A DNA stretch of 64,000 nucleotides from Eubacteriales bacterium (lineage in GTDB: Bacteria; Bacillota; Clostridia; Oscillospirales; UBA644). Location of the stretch: assembly GCA_045542115.1 (NCBI GenBank), contig JAZQKK010000014.1:253646-317645 (forward strand), written 5' to 3'. The first letter of the stretch is position 1; every line of letters starts with the position of its first letter. Made by a program: the position numbers and the translations under genes. The notes under the pieces are model-generated. The model saw only the letters and a program-made list of their open reading frames with translations, was not told the DNA's origin and made no database searches. Shown here piece by piece: positions 9,016 through 18,829 of this stretch.

Positions 9016-9990
9016 ATGATTGAAATCATCGGAATCCGTTTCCGCAATGCGGGAAAGATTTATTATTTTGCCCCCAACGGCGTTGTGGCCGAACCGGGAC
9101 AGAAGGTCATCGTTCAGACCGTCCGGGGAATCGAAATCGGCACGGTAGCCCTTGGGAATAAGGAGATTGACGAATCGGAAAATATCAAAGACCTTTCCCC
9201 CGTGCTTCGTCTTGCCACCGAGGAAGACCTGCAACGGGACAAGGAAAACCGGGAAAAAGAAAAAGCCGCCTTTGACGTTTGTGAAGAAAAGATTAAAAAG
9301 CACGGCTTGGATATGAAGCTTATCAGCGTGGAATACACCTTCGATTGCTCGAAAATCGTATTCTGCTTTGTTGCGGAAGGTCGGGTAGATTTCCGGGAGT
9401 TGGTCAAAGATTTGGCCGGCGTGTTCAAGACCCGAATCGAACTGCGGCAAATCGGCGTTCGGGACCAGACTAAGACCATTGCGGGATTGGGACTGTGCGG
9501 ACGAAAGGTTTGTTGTGCCGGATTTTTAACGGATTTTGACCAGATTACGGTCAAAATGGCAAAAGACCAGGGATTGTCATCCTCTCCTCAAAAAATTTCC
9601 GGTCCCTGCGGGAAATTGATTTGCTGTTTATCCTTTGAACAAAAGGCTTATGAAGCGGACTACAAGGAACTTCCCAAGATGGGTTCCTACGTTAAGACCC
9701 TCAACGGTTGCGGAACGGTCTGCGAAGTGTCTGCTCTCAAACAAGGGGTTCGTGTCCGTCTGGAAGACAAGCCGGACGAAGCCCCCGTCTTCTATAAAAA
9801 AGAAGAGTTGACTGACCCCAACGAGCCGGAACGGGAAACAACCCAAAAAGAAGAAATCCCTGCTCCTATCCTTCAAGAAAGCATCGAAGAAAAGAGCAAA
9901 GAACCGGCGAAAAATCCCCGTCCGAAGCATAAAAAGAAGCCGTTCTACAAAAAGCGCAAGCCCCAGCAAAAAAAGGAAAACGGACAATAA
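9016..9990 (+). CDS. yaaT: PSP1-domain stage 0 sporulation protein YaaT/RicT
   Basis: MIEIIGIRFRNAGKIYYF, RVDFRELVKDLA...RIELRQIGVRD, GLCGRKVCC, KISGPCGKLICCL. Lys-rich tail. Confidence 0.92.
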   Translation: MIEIIGIRFRNAGKIYYFAPNGVVAEPGQKVIVQTVRGIEIGTVALGNKEIDESENIKDLSPVLRLATEEDLQRDKENREKEKAAFDVCEEKIKKHGLDMKLISVEYTFDCSKIVFCFVAEGRVDFRELVKDLAGVFKTRIELRQIGVRDQTKTIAGLGLCGRKVCCAGFLTDFDQITVKMAKDQGLSSSPQKISGPCGKLICCLSFEQKAYEADYKELPKMGSYVKTLNGCGTVCEVSALKQGVRVRLEDKPDEAPVFYKKEELTDPNEPERETTQKEEIPAPILQESIEEKSKEPAKNPRPKHKKKPFYKKRKPQQKKENGQ

Positions 9991-9991
9991 A

Positions 9992-10030
9992 AAAATGAAA
10001 TCCCACCCATTCCGGGTGGGATTTTTTCTT
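9992..10030. terminator. Bidirectional intrinsic terminator
   Basis: AAATCCCACCC-attcc-GGGTGGGATTT flanked by A and T tracts, between convergent genes. Confidence 0.8.
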
Positions 10031-11358
10031 TAATAACGATATTTTTTCCGTAACAAAATCAAGAACAGGATTCCCAGGAAGAAGGCCATCAATTCCGCCC
10101 CGACGATAGACAACCAAATCCCGTCAACGTCAAAAAATAGCGGCAACAACAAAACCGCTCCGACCTGGAATACCAGGGTGCGGGCAAAGGAAAGCAACGC
10201 GGAGATCGGACCGTTATTTAATGCTGTAAAGAAGGAGGAGGAAAAGATATTCAATCCGGCAAAGAGGAAGGTGAAGGAATACAAAGTAAATCCTCTCCGG
10301 GTCAGGTCAAACAGAGACGGGTCGTACCCTACGAACAGGCGGGACAGAGGAAGGGAAAGAGACTCGGAGAGAATCAGCATTATCACAGAAGAAATCCCAA
10401 TAATGACCAGACTTTTTTTCAGAATATTTTTCAATTCGTCGCAATTTCCGGCCCCGTAATGAAAACTGACGATGGGAGCCGTTCCGATGGCATATCCGAT
10501 AAAAATCGAAAGAAAGAACAAATTGATGTACATCAAAACGCCGTACGCCGCAACTCCGTCTTCTCCGGCATATCGCATCAGTTGAATGTTATACAAAAGC
10601 CCCACCAAGGACATTGAAATATTGGACATCAGTTCCGAAGAACCGTTGGTACAGGTCTTCCAGATGGCAGACCCATCAAATTGGGTCTTTCCCAAATGTA
10701 AAATAGAGGAATTGGGGACAAAGAAATACACCAGGGGAATGATTCCGCCTACCACCTGGCTTGCGGCAGTGGCAAAGGCGGCACCCTCAACACCCCATTG
10801 AAACAATCCCACAAACAGGGCATCCAAGACCATATTGGCAACCCCGGAAGCCACTGTAACCCACAGTCCCAACTGAGGTTTTTCTGCGGCGACAAAGAAG
10901 CTTTGAAACTCCATTTGCAGAATAAAAAAGGGGGTTGCAAGCAAAAGGATCCTTCCGTAAATCACACAGTATTCCAACAATTCCCCTTCTGCACCAAGCA
11001 ACGTGGCAAAGGGACGAAGCAAGAAAATTCCAAAAAGAGAAACGGCAATTCCCACCCCGAGAGAAACGTAAACGATCAAGGAAAAGACCCGGTTGGCTTT
11101 CTCCGGTCTTCCCTCTCCCATAATCTTGGAAACCAGAGCACTGCCCCCCGTGCCGAACATAAATCCAAGCCCTCCGAACATCATCAGGAAAGGCATTATG
11201 AAATTCACGGCGGCAAACGGGGTCTTCCCCACAAAATTGGACACAAAATATCCGTCTACAACTCCGTAGATCGAAGAAAAAATCATCATCGCAACCGAAG
11301 GAAGGATGAAACGAATCAGTTTTGAATAGGTAAAATGGTCAGACAACCGAATGGACAT
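10030..11358 (-). CDS. MATE family efflux transporter
   Basis: About 12 TM; IYGVVDGYFVSNFVG, GTGGSALVS, NMVLDALF...GVEGAAFAT. Confidence 0.93.
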   Translation of the reverse strand: MSIRLSDHFTYSKLIRFILPSVAMMIFSSIYGVVDGYFVSNFVGKTPFAAVNFIMPFLMMFGGLGFMFGTGGSALVSKIMGEGRPEKANRVFSLIVYVSLGVGIAVSLFGIFLLRPFATLLGAEGELLEYCVIYGRILLLATPFFILQMEFQSFFVAAEKPQLGLWVTVASGVANMVLDALFVGLFQWGVEGAAFATAASQVVGGIIPLVYFFVPNSSILHLGKTQFDGSAIWKTCTNGSSELMSNISMSLVGLLYNIQLMRYAGEDGVAAYGVLMYINLFFLSIFIGYAIGTAPIVSFHYGAGNCDELKNILKKSLVIIGISSVIMLILSESLSLPLSRLFVGYDPSLFDLTRRGFTLYSFTFLFAGLNIFSSSFFTALNNGPISALLSFARTLVFQVGAVLLLPLFFDVDGIWLSIVGAELMAFFLGILFLILLRKKYRY

Positions 11359-11575
11359 AAAAACTCCTTGAAAATGGTATCGGGCATTATTATATCACAT
11401 CTGTTCTTCCTTGTCAAGAATCCGCACCTTTTTTCTTCCGCCGTACTATGATGGAACGAACCGTTTTTTTCTTTCCGAAATTTGGGTTGATTAAAATCAG
11501 AAGTTTCGGAGGAAAATAATACTGTTCCAAGAAAATGAAAACAAACTTACATCGAAAATCATAGGAGGAAAAAGA

Positions 11576-11956
11576 ATGCCGCTGATTCGTCGAGGAGACA
11601 TTTATTACGCGGACCTAAGCCCCGTCGTGGGGTCGGAGCAAGGGGGAATCCGACCGGTTCTTATCGTACAGAACGACGTGGGAAACAAGCACAGTCCTAC
11701 GGTGATTGCCGCGGCAATTACCAGTAAAATCAATAAAAACCGCTTACCAACCCACATCGAAGTCGATGCTCGAAATTACGGTCTTGCCCGGGATTCCATT
11801 ATCCTGCTGGAACAGATTCGAACCCTGGACAAACGCCGGTTAAAAGAACGAATGGGGCATCTGGACCGGGAAGCGATGGACCGGGTAGACCGGGCAATTT
11901 CCATCAGCTTCGGATTGGAAACTTCGCCCGTATCCCGAGAAGAACGGGACGCGTAA
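11576..11956 (+). CDS. ndoA: PemK/MazF family mRNA interferase (EndoA-like)
   Basis: [33 protein letters not shown]...[25 protein letters not shown]. Confidence 0.95.
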   Translation: MPLIRRGDIYYADLSPVVGSEQGGIRPVLIVQNDVGNKHSPTVIAAAITSKINKNRLPTHIEVDARNYGLARDSIILLEQIRTLDKRRLKERMGHLDREAMDRVDRAISISFGLETSPVSREERDA

Positions 11957-11961
11957 AATAC

Positions 11962-11990
11962 GAAAAAACCGCCTTTTCAGGCGGTTTTTC
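11962..11990. terminator. Bidirectional intrinsic terminator
   Basis: AAAAAACCGCC-ttttca-GGCGGTTTTT. Confidence 0.8.
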
Positions 11991-12007
11991 TATGTGGGAT
12001 CGAGAGA

Positions 12008-12121
12008 TTAGCAGCAGTGGTCGTTGTCGCAGCCGCAACCGTTATTACCGTAAACGGCGAAGATAATCACAGCAGCGATAAGGACGGTCCAGAAATAGTA
12101 ATTGGAATTGCAGTTCATCAT
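12008..12121 (-). CDS. 37-aa Cys-rich small membrane/spore-associated peptide (absent from the ORF track)
   Basis: AAGGAGG-N7-ATG; MMNCNSNYYFWTVLIAAVIIFAVYGNNGCGCDNDHCC. Confidence 0.8.
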   Translation of the reverse strand: MMNCNSNYYFWTVLIAAVIIFAVYGNNGCGCDNDHCC

Positions 12122-12169
12122 AAGAAAGCCTCCTTAAATTCCGGGGGAATCGCGTTCCCACCGTTCATT

Positions 12170-12203
12170 GCCATCTTATGCAACAAGGAGGTGATATGTG
12201 AAA
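12170..12203 (-). promoter_or_regulatory. Putative mother-cell (sigmaE/sigmaK-type) promoter
   Basis: Minus strand CACA-N16-CATAAGAT; resembles the sigmaK consensus (ACA-N16-CATAnnnT). Confidence 0.5.
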
Positions 12204-12821
12204 TCAATCGGCAGTACGAATCACGGCAAACCGCCCCGTTTCGGCAGAAAGGGTGGCGCGGTCTTCGGAAATTTCATTGCTGATCCCCAAGGGATAATCG
12301 TATGTAATCCGCGCATCGGTCAAAGGATAGCGAAACCCTTTCATCGTAAGCCCCGTCACCTGTTCGGTCAGGGCCAAAACGGAAAAATACCGGGAATCTT
12401 GGAGCGTATAGGTTTTCGTCACGGGGGCAGAAAGAACTTCAATCCATTGTTTTCCGTCGCTCATCGAAGCAGAAACCCCTTGGGAGACCAGATAATTCAA
12501 GGTCTGAACCGCTCCTAAGGTATGGTCCAGACGGCCTCCGATGCCTCCGGCAATCAAAAACTCCGTGATACCCCGTTGGAGTCCCAAACGGACGGCAAAC
12601 ATCGTATCGGTATCGTCCTTTTCTTTGGGAAGGCGAATCAGTTCCGCATTGGGCGGAATTTGGCCGGTATACGAGTCGAAATCCCCCAAAACGATGGATG
12701 GGGTAATCCCGCACCGACGGGCGTATTCCAGTCCGGAATCGGCACAAACGAACACGTCATCGCAACGAAGTCCGGCAGGGGGTTGTTCAGACTTCGACCA
12801 ACAAAAAATGACCCATCTCAT
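12204..12821 (-). CDS. thiN: Thiamine pyrophosphokinase
   Basis: CADSGL, LGDFDS, PKEKDDTDT, GGRLDHTL, YPLGISNE. ATGA overlap with rsgA. Confidence 0.93.
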   Translation of the reverse strand: MRWVIFCWSKSEQPPAGLRCDDVFVCADSGLEYARRCGITPSIVLGDFDSYTGQIPPNAELIRLPKEKDDTDTMFAVRLGLQRGITEFLIAGGIGGRLDHTLGAVQTLNYLVSQGVSASMSDGKQWIEVLSAPVTKTYTLQDSRYFSVLALTEQVTGLTMKGFRYPLTDARITYDYPLGISNEISEDRATLSAETGRFAVIRTAD

Positions 12822-13681
12822 TTCCGAACCTCCCAAGGACGCAACGGACCGATCTCCTCATACATCCGAAGATAATTTTCATAGCGGGAAGCGGGAATTC
12901 TTCCTTCTTCCACAGCCATTCGCACGGCGCAGTTTTTCTCTTTGCCGTGCGCACAGTCCCGGAAATAGCAATCTCCCAAATAGGGCTCAAATTCCGGGAA
13001 ATATTCAGGCAAAAGGGAACGGTCATACAACCCACAAGGGAGAAACTCCAATTCGGAAAACCCCGGCGTATCGGCCAAAAATCCCCCTTCAAAGGGAAAC
13101 AGTTCCACGGCACGGGTGGTGTGTTTGCCCCGTTGAAGTTTTCGGCTGACCTCCCCGGTCTGACGGACCAGATCGGGGGCAAGGGCATTGACCAAAGTGG
13201 ATTTTCCCACCCCGGAAAGGCCGGCAAAGGCATTGGTCTTCCCCTTCATCTGTTCCCGTAAAACATTCACATTTTCGCCGGTCTTTGCACAGACCGAAAA
13301 ACAAGGATATCCCAAAGACGAATAGGTTTCCCGCACCGACAAGGGGTCCGAAAGGTCGGTTTTATTTAACACCAGCATCGGCGTTACCCCGCAATGCCGG
13401 GCAATGACGGTCAACTTATCCAACGTATACAAATTGGGCAAAGGGTCACACAAGGCAACAACGATAAACAAATGATCCAAATTAGCTACCGCAGGTCGAA
13501 GCAACACGTTTCGCCGGGGAAGGATTTCCGAAATAGCTTCGCCGTCAAATTTCACCCGGTCCCCTACATATAATATATTGCGGTCCCGTTTTAGACCGCC
13601 TCGGCCCCGGCATTGATAGACCTGTCCGTCACTCAAAACCTCATACAGGCCGCCAAGCCCTCGAATTACGATTCCTTCCAT
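12818..13681 (-). CDS. rsgA: Ribosome small subunit-dependent GTPase A
   Basis: NKTD, GLSGVGKS, GKHTTR, DTPGF and C-terminal CYFRDCAH...C zinc site. Confidence 0.95.
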   Translation of the reverse strand: MEGIVIRGLGGLYEVLSDGQVYQCRGRGGLKRDRNILYVGDRVKFDGEAISEILPRRNVLLRPAVANLDHLFIVVALCDPLPNLYTLDKLTVIARHCGVTPMLVLNKTDLSDPLSVRETYSSLGYPCFSVCAKTGENVNVLREQMKGKTNAFAGLSGVGKSTLVNALAPDLVRQTGEVSRKLQRGKHTTRAVELFPFEGGFLADTPGFSELEFLPCGLYDRSLLPEYFPEFEPYLGDCYFRDCAHGKEKNCAVRMAVEEGRIPASRYENYLRMYEEIGPLRPWEVRK

Positions 13682-13682
13682 A

Positions 13683-15368
13683 TTATTCCTGCGGCTCCAC
13701 ACCCTTGCTCACCGTTACGGTAATGGTCTGGGAAAGAGGAATGACCGAATCGGCAGGAGCGGACTGAGAAATAACCTGCCCCTCGGGAACGGTTTCGCTA
13801 AACACTTCGTTGATGGAAACGTTGGTAATTCCCTTTTTATAAAGAGCAGTAATGGCAGTCTCCTTGGCAGAACCCACCAAATTGGGGACGATAGCCTCAG
13901 TCACCGCGGCGCGGACGTTGACGTAAATGGTCACCGTCGTACCTTCCGTAACTTCCGTTCCGGCGGCAGGTTCACACCGTAAAACGATTCCTTCATCCAC
14001 GGCAACATTTCCGACTTCTGCCTGACGAACGTAAGTAAGCCCCACGTTTTTCAAAGCGGCAATAGCCTGCGTCTCGGTTTTTCCCGCCAACTCAGGAATC
14101 GCAATACTGCGGCCGCCCTTACTGATAACCAACGTAATTTCCGACCCGGACACCACAGATTCCCCGGAATTGGGAGACTGCTCCAACACCACACCGGATT
14201 CTACGGCGTTGTCAAACTCATATTGAAGATTGAAACGGAAATTCTTGGCCACTTCGTAATTAGCTTCGATATCGTTATAAGACATTCCTACGTACTGGGG
14301 AACGTTTACGTATTCTTGATAGAGATTGGAAACGATAGCCACCATCGTACCAACCCCCGCAAAGACCAGCAACGCGGAAAGCAACAAGGCACAAACCATC
14401 GCCAGCTGGGTGTTTCGGACGTGGAGATAGGTATCTTCGTCATCGGGATACATTGCCCGCAAAAAGCCCAAAAATCCCTTGCGCTTTTTCGCCTTTCGGC
14501 CGGGGAGGCGGTATTCTTTGGGATACGGAAAGACCGTCTCGGGATTCTTTTCCAATTTTTCCAAGTCATTGAGCATCGCCTTGGCATCCTGATACCGATG
14601 AGAAGGATTCTTTGCCATTGCCCGGAAAATCACTTGTTGGAAGCCCACGGGAAGATCCGGAATCAACTTACAGGGAGGATAAGGGGGCTTTTCCACCTGC
14701 ATCCGAGCCACGTCGACGGGGGAAGATGCATCAAAAGGTAATTTTCCCGTCAGAAGAGCATACATCATTACTCCGACGGAATACAGGTCGGATTTATTAT
14801 CAGTAACGTCGCCCCGTGCCTGTTCGGGGGAAATGTAATGCACCGAGCCTACCGCTTCGTCGGAGAGAGAATCCCCCTCAAAATTGGGGACCGATGCAAT
14901 GCCGAAATCAGTCACTTTTACCGAAGCGTCGGCCAAAAGAAGAATATTTTCCGGCTTGATATCGTGATGGACCACACCCCGTTCGTGGGCGTGGGACAGC
15001 GCGCTTAAAATTTGACGGAGATAATGGATCGCTTCTTCCGAAGAAAGGGCACCCTTTTGGTCCATTCGGTCTTTCAGGGTCACGCCGTCCACGTATTCCA
15101 TTACGATATACTGCAAGCGACCTTCAAAATTCACGTCGTGAACGTTGACGATATTGGGATGGGACATTAAAGAAATGGCCCGGGATTCGTTATAAAACCG
15201 GCGCCGGGATTCCTGGTCGCCCAATTTGTCGGCCCGGAGGACTTTCAGGGAAACTTCCCGGTCTTCCATTAAATCGTAGGCGCGGAACACCACGGACATT
15301 CCGCCGACCCCTAAGGTACTGCGAATCTGATACCGGTTATTTACGATGCTTCCTATCAGTTGTTTCAT
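13683..15368 (-). CDS. pknB: PASTA-domain Ser/Thr kinase PknB/PrkC
   Basis: LGVGGMSVVF, HHDIKPEN, DFGIA, GSVHYISPEQ, a TM helix and three PASTA-like repeats. Confidence 0.95.
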   Translation of the reverse strand: MKQLIGSIVNNRYQIRSTLGVGGMSVVFRAYDLMEDREVSLKVLRADKLGDQESRRRFYNESRAISLMSHPNIVNVHDVNFEGRLQYIVMEYVDGVTLKDRMDQKGALSSEEAIHYLRQILSALSHAHERGVVHHDIKPENILLLADASVKVTDFGIASVPNFEGDSLSDEAVGSVHYISPEQARGDVTDNKSDLYSVGVMMYALLTGKLPFDASSPVDVARMQVEKPPYPPCKLIPDLPVGFQQVIFRAMAKNPSHRYQDAKAMLNDLEKLEKNPETVFPYPKEYRLPGRKAKKRKGFLGFLRAMYPDDEDTYLHVRNTQLAMVCALLLSALLVFAGVGTMVAIVSNLYQEYVNVPQYVGMSYNDIEANYEVAKNFRFNLQYEFDNAVESGVVLEQSPNSGESVVSGSEITLVISKGGRSIAIPELAGKTETQAIAALKNVGLTYVRQAEVGNVAVDEGIVLRCEPAAGTEVTEGTTVTIYVNVRAAVTEAIVPNLVGSAKETAITALYKKGITNVSINEVFSETVPEGQVISQSAPADSVIPLSQTITVTVSKGVEPQE

Positions 15369-16111
15369 CGGTCTTTCCCCTCACTTTCTTCCCACAGGAT
15401 TCCTACGGTCACGTTATCCGGACCGCCGCCTTCCAAGGCGGTTTTTACCAAAATCTCCGCAACTTGTTCCGGAGGAGTAGTTTCAAATAAGCGTTGAATC
15501 TCAGACTCCGGAACCGGAACGGTCAAGCCGTCGGTACATAAGAGAAAAATATCACCTTTTTTCACGTCGGAAAAGACGATTTCCGGCTGAGAATCTTCCG
15601 CATACCCCAAGGCTCGGGTAATCACGTTGCGGTGAGGATGGGTCTCTCCTTCTTCCGGCGTAATTTCTTTCCGGTCGATCATTTCCTGGACCAGCGAATG
15701 GTCTTTGGTCAACCGGCGAAGAGTTCCGTTACGGAATAAGTAGCAGCGGCTGTCCCCCACGTGGGCAATACAGATCTTTTCGCCCGTGCCAACGGCAAGA
15801 ACCACAGTAGACCCCATTCCGGCAACGTCGGGGGTTACGGCAGACGTCTCTGCAATGAGTCGGCTGACCCTGGAAATGACTCCGCAGATCACGTTTTTCA
15901 GTTCTTTGGTGCGAATTCCCGCGTGCAGACGGGTAGAAAACAGTTCGTAAAAACTCCGTACTGCAATCTCCGCGGCAACGTTTCCGCCCCGATGTCCGCC
16001 CATTCCGTCGCAAAGAACGGAAAATTGAACGCCGGGAAGGCGGCCCTGACAGAACGCATCCTGATTGGTGGCCCGCTTTTTTCCCACATCGGTCATCATA
16101 TAACTTTTCAC
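15365..16111 (-). CDS. stp: PP2C-family Ser/Thr phosphatase Stp/PrpC
   Basis: NQDAF, LCDGMGGH, AHVGDSR, LCTDGL, GGPDNVT. Confidence 0.95.
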   Translation of the reverse strand: MKSYMMTDVGKKRATNQDAFCQGRLPGVQFSVLCDGMGGHRGGNVAAEIAVRSFYELFSTRLHAGIRTKELKNVICGVISRVSRLIAETSAVTPDVAGMGSTVVLAVGTGEKICIAHVGDSRCYLFRNGTLRRLTKDHSLVQEMIDRKEITPEEGETHPHRNVITRALGYAEDSQPEIVFSDVKKGDIFLLCTDGLTVPVPESEIQRLFETTPPEQVAEILVKTALEGGGPDNVTVGILWEESEGKDR

Positions 16112-16157
16112 GCAACAATCCCTGCCTTTCTTGAAGAATGGGGACGGATTTTATCCA

Positions 16158-17189
16158 TTACCGGTTCTTTTCTTTTTCAAACCGGGCTCGCAATTGTCCG
16201 CACGAAGCATCGATATCTTTTCCTAACTTCCGGCGGCAGGTCACGTTGATGCCCTGCTCGGAAAGAATCGACGAAAAACGGCGGACCCGGTCGGGGGTGG
16301 ACGGCTCAAAGTCCCGTTCTTCCACCCGATTCATCGGAATCAGATTGACGTGAGCCAATTTCCGATGGAGGTGCCGCGCCAACAAACGGGCGTGCTGAGG
16401 AGTATCGTTGACTCCGTTGATCATAATGTATTCGTAAGAAATGCGGCGACCGGTGGCGGCGGTATAACGGTCACAGGCGGCCAAGACTTCTTCTACGGGA
16501 TAAGTACGGTTGACCGGCATAATCCGGTTTCGGGTCTCATTATCGGGAGCGTGGAGGGAGACCGAAAGAGTGATTTGGAAATTCTCTTCCGCCAGGCGGT
16601 CCATCTGAGGAACCAGCCCGCAAGTGGATACGGAAATATGCCGCTGGCTCATTCCGAATCCTTTGGGAGAGGTCAGATTCCGGATAAACGTGACAAGGTT
16701 ATCGTAATTATCCAAGGGTTCCCCGACCCCCATCACCACTACGTGGGAGACCGGGTCGGTGCGGTTGATATAAGAAATCTGGGCAAACATCTCCCCTGCC
16801 GTCAGATTCCGGACTTTGCCTTTGAGGGTGGATGCGCAGAAGCGGCATCCCATATTACAGCCGACCTGGGAAGAAATACAAACGGAATTTCCGTGTTCGT
16901 ACCGCATCAAAACCGTTTCGATGTGATTCCCGTCCCCAAGACGGAACAGGTATTTTTTCGTTCCGTCGGAAGAAACGCTGCACGTTGCCTCGGAAAGCGT
17001 GGCAAGGCAACATTGCTCCGTCAAAGTTTCCCGCAGGTCCTTGGACAGGTCGGACATTTCGTCAAAGGACTGCACGCCCCGGGCAAGCCACCGGTAAATC
17101 TGACCGGCACGGAACCCGGGAAGACCAAAGGTTTTGACCTGTTCGGTCAATTGGTCAAAAGTGAGAGAAGACAAGTCAATCTTTTCCAA
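16158..17189 (-). CDS. rlmN: 23S rRNA/tRNA adenine-C2 methyltransferase RlmN (radical SAM)
   Basis: CISSQVGCNMGCRFCAS, MGVGEP, SLHAP, IDASCGQL. TTG start. Confidence 0.95.
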   Translation of the reverse strand: MEKIDLSSLTFDQLTEQVKTFGLPGFRAGQIYRWLARGVQSFDEMSDLSKDLRETLTEQCCLATLSEATCSVSSDGTKKYLFRLGDGNHIETVLMRYEHGNSVCISSQVGCNMGCRFCASTLKGKVRNLTAGEMFAQISYINRTDPVSHVVVMGVGEPLDNYDNLVTFIRNLTSPKGFGMSQRHISVSTCGLVPQMDRLAEENFQITLSVSLHAPDNETRNRIMPVNRTYPVEEVLAACDRYTAATGRRISYEYIMINGVNDTPQHARLLARHLHRKLAHVNLIPMNRVEERDFEPSTPDRVRRFSSILSEQGINVTCRRKLGKDIDASCGQLRARFEKEKNR

Positions 17190-17193
17190 AATT

Positions 17194-17898
17194 TTATCTC
17201 CTGCGTCTTGAACCGAAAATCATAAAAAAGTACCGGAACAACTGCCAAAGAGAGGTCAAAAGGGCCACCACGTAGGTCATTGCGGCAGAAGACAGAACCT
17301 TTTTTGCCCCGGACAATTCGTCTTCGTCCAGATATCCGCCTTCCAACACGGCAATCGCCCGGCGGGAGGCGTTAAATTCCACGGGAAGAGTCACCAATTG
17401 GAACAAAACCGTAACGCCGAAAAGAATCACGCCCGCCAACGCTACGATATCACTGAGCAAAAATCCAATAAAAATGAGAATCCAGGAAAACTTGGATGCA
17501 AAGTTCGTAACAGGCAGAATCGCCGTACGGAACTTAATGGGAGCGTACCCTACGTGGTACTGCACCGCGTGACCCGCTTCGTGGGCAGCGATCCCCAGAG
17601 CGGCGATGGACGTAGACCCATAGACCCCTTCCGAAAGACCGATATACTTTTCCTTGGGATGATAATGGTCGGACAGATTTCCGGTAATCTGCTTGACGGT
17701 TACGTCGTAGATTCCGTTGGAATGGAGAATCTGCTCCGCAATCTGCGCTCCGGTAAACCCCCGGCGGGTCTGTACTTTGGAATACTTATTGTAATTCCGC
17801 TGAACGGCGCCGGAAGCAAGGGCTGACAGAAGAATCAAGGGCAACATCCAGATAAGATATCCGCCGTACCCGGAATAATAGAAATAATCGAAGGGCAT
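17194..17898 (-). CDS. YugP-like membrane zinc metallopeptidase
   Basis: LSDHYHP, AAHEAGHAVQ, LVTLPVEFNASRRA, AAMTYV. Confidence 0.92.
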   Translation of the reverse strand: MPFDYFYYSGYGGYLIWMLPLILLSALASGAVQRNYNKYSKVQTRRGFTGAQIAEQILHSNGIYDVTVKQITGNLSDHYHPKEKYIGLSEGVYGSTSIAALGIAAHEAGHAVQYHVGYAPIKFRTAILPVTNFASKFSWILIFIGFLLSDIVALAGVILFGVTVLFQLVTLPVEFNASRRAIAVLEGGYLDEDELSGAKKVLSSAAMTYVVALLTSLWQLFRYFFMIFGSRRRR

Positions 17899-17909
17899 AC
17901 AACAACCTC

Positions 17910-18821
17910 TTATTCAAATAGATCGTGGCGGTTTCCCGCACAGAAACTCTCGCCGGACATTGGCTTTTTTCCTTCCGGCTGAACGGTTTTGAGGCGAAGG
18001 CCGCCATCGGCGACTTTGATGATCAAATGCTTTTTATCCACAATCGTACCGCAAGCAGCGTTCCAATCTCCGTCTACCGGCTCGGATTCCAGAATCTTGA
18101 CGTTCTTTCCGCCGCAGAAGGCAAACGCACAGGGCTCCGGAGCCAATCCTCGAACCCGGTTATGCAACTCGGTCTTCGACCGGGTAAAATCCAATTTCCG
18201 GGTCTCTTTGGTAATCATCGACGCATAACAGGTGGGGCCTTGTTGGGGAATCCGGGGGGCCGTACCGTCGGCAATCAATCCCACCGTTTTGACCAACAAT
18301 TCGCCGCCCATCTTCGCCAGACGGTCGTGAAGCGTACCGAAGGTATCGTCGGAAGTGATGGGGGTAGATGCGGTCAAAATCATATCTCCCGTATCCAGCC
18401 CTTCGTCCATATACATTGTGGTAACACCGGTTTCGGACTGTCCGTCCATCAACACGTGATTGACCGGCGCCGCACCCCGATACATCGGCAACAGAGAGCC
18501 GTGCACGTTGATGCAACCGTATTTGGGATAATTCAAAACGTAAGCCGGAAGAATTTTGCCGTAAGCGACGACGATGATAAGGTCCGGGTCGATTTCCCGA
18601 AGCAACGGAAGAATCGCCTCATCTTTCAGTGTTTCCGGAGTTTCCACCCGGTATTCCCGTTGCAGAGCAAGTTCTTTCACGGGAGTACAGGTCATTTTAT
18701 ATCCTCTTCCCTTGGGACGGTCGGGCTGCGTGACAACGCAATCCACCGAAATTCCGGCGGTTCCCAGGGCGGATAAACTTTCTACGGCAAAGGGAGAAGT
18801 TCCCATAAACAAAATTTTCAT
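17910..18821 (-). CDS. fmt: Methionyl-tRNA formyltransferase
   Basis: MKILFMGT, VVTQPDRPKGRG, INVHGSLLPMYRGAAP, GLDTGD. Confidence 0.96.
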   Translation of the reverse strand: MKILFMGTSPFAVESLSALGTAGISVDCVVTQPDRPKGRGYKMTCTPVKELALQREYRVETPETLKDEAILPLLREIDPDLIIVVAYGKILPAYVLNYPKYGCINVHGSLLPMYRGAAPVNHVLMDGQSETGVTTMYMDEGLDTGDMILTASTPITSDDTFGTLHDRLAKMGGELLVKTVGLIADGTAPRIPQQGPTCYASMITKETRKLDFTRSKTELHNRVRGLAPEPCAFAFCGGKNVKILESEPVDGDWNAACGTIVDKKHLIIKVADGGLRLKTVQPEGKKPMSGESFCAGNRHDLFE

Positions 18822-18829
18822 AATGGTCC

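Noticed and set aside
12184-12518. Perfect SD (AAGGAGGTGAT) followed by ATG-TGA, or by a 106-aa GTG ORF, on the plus strand
   Set aside because: Antisense to thiN. The same sequence is better explained as the ACCTCCTTG promoter-spacer motif on the minus strand.
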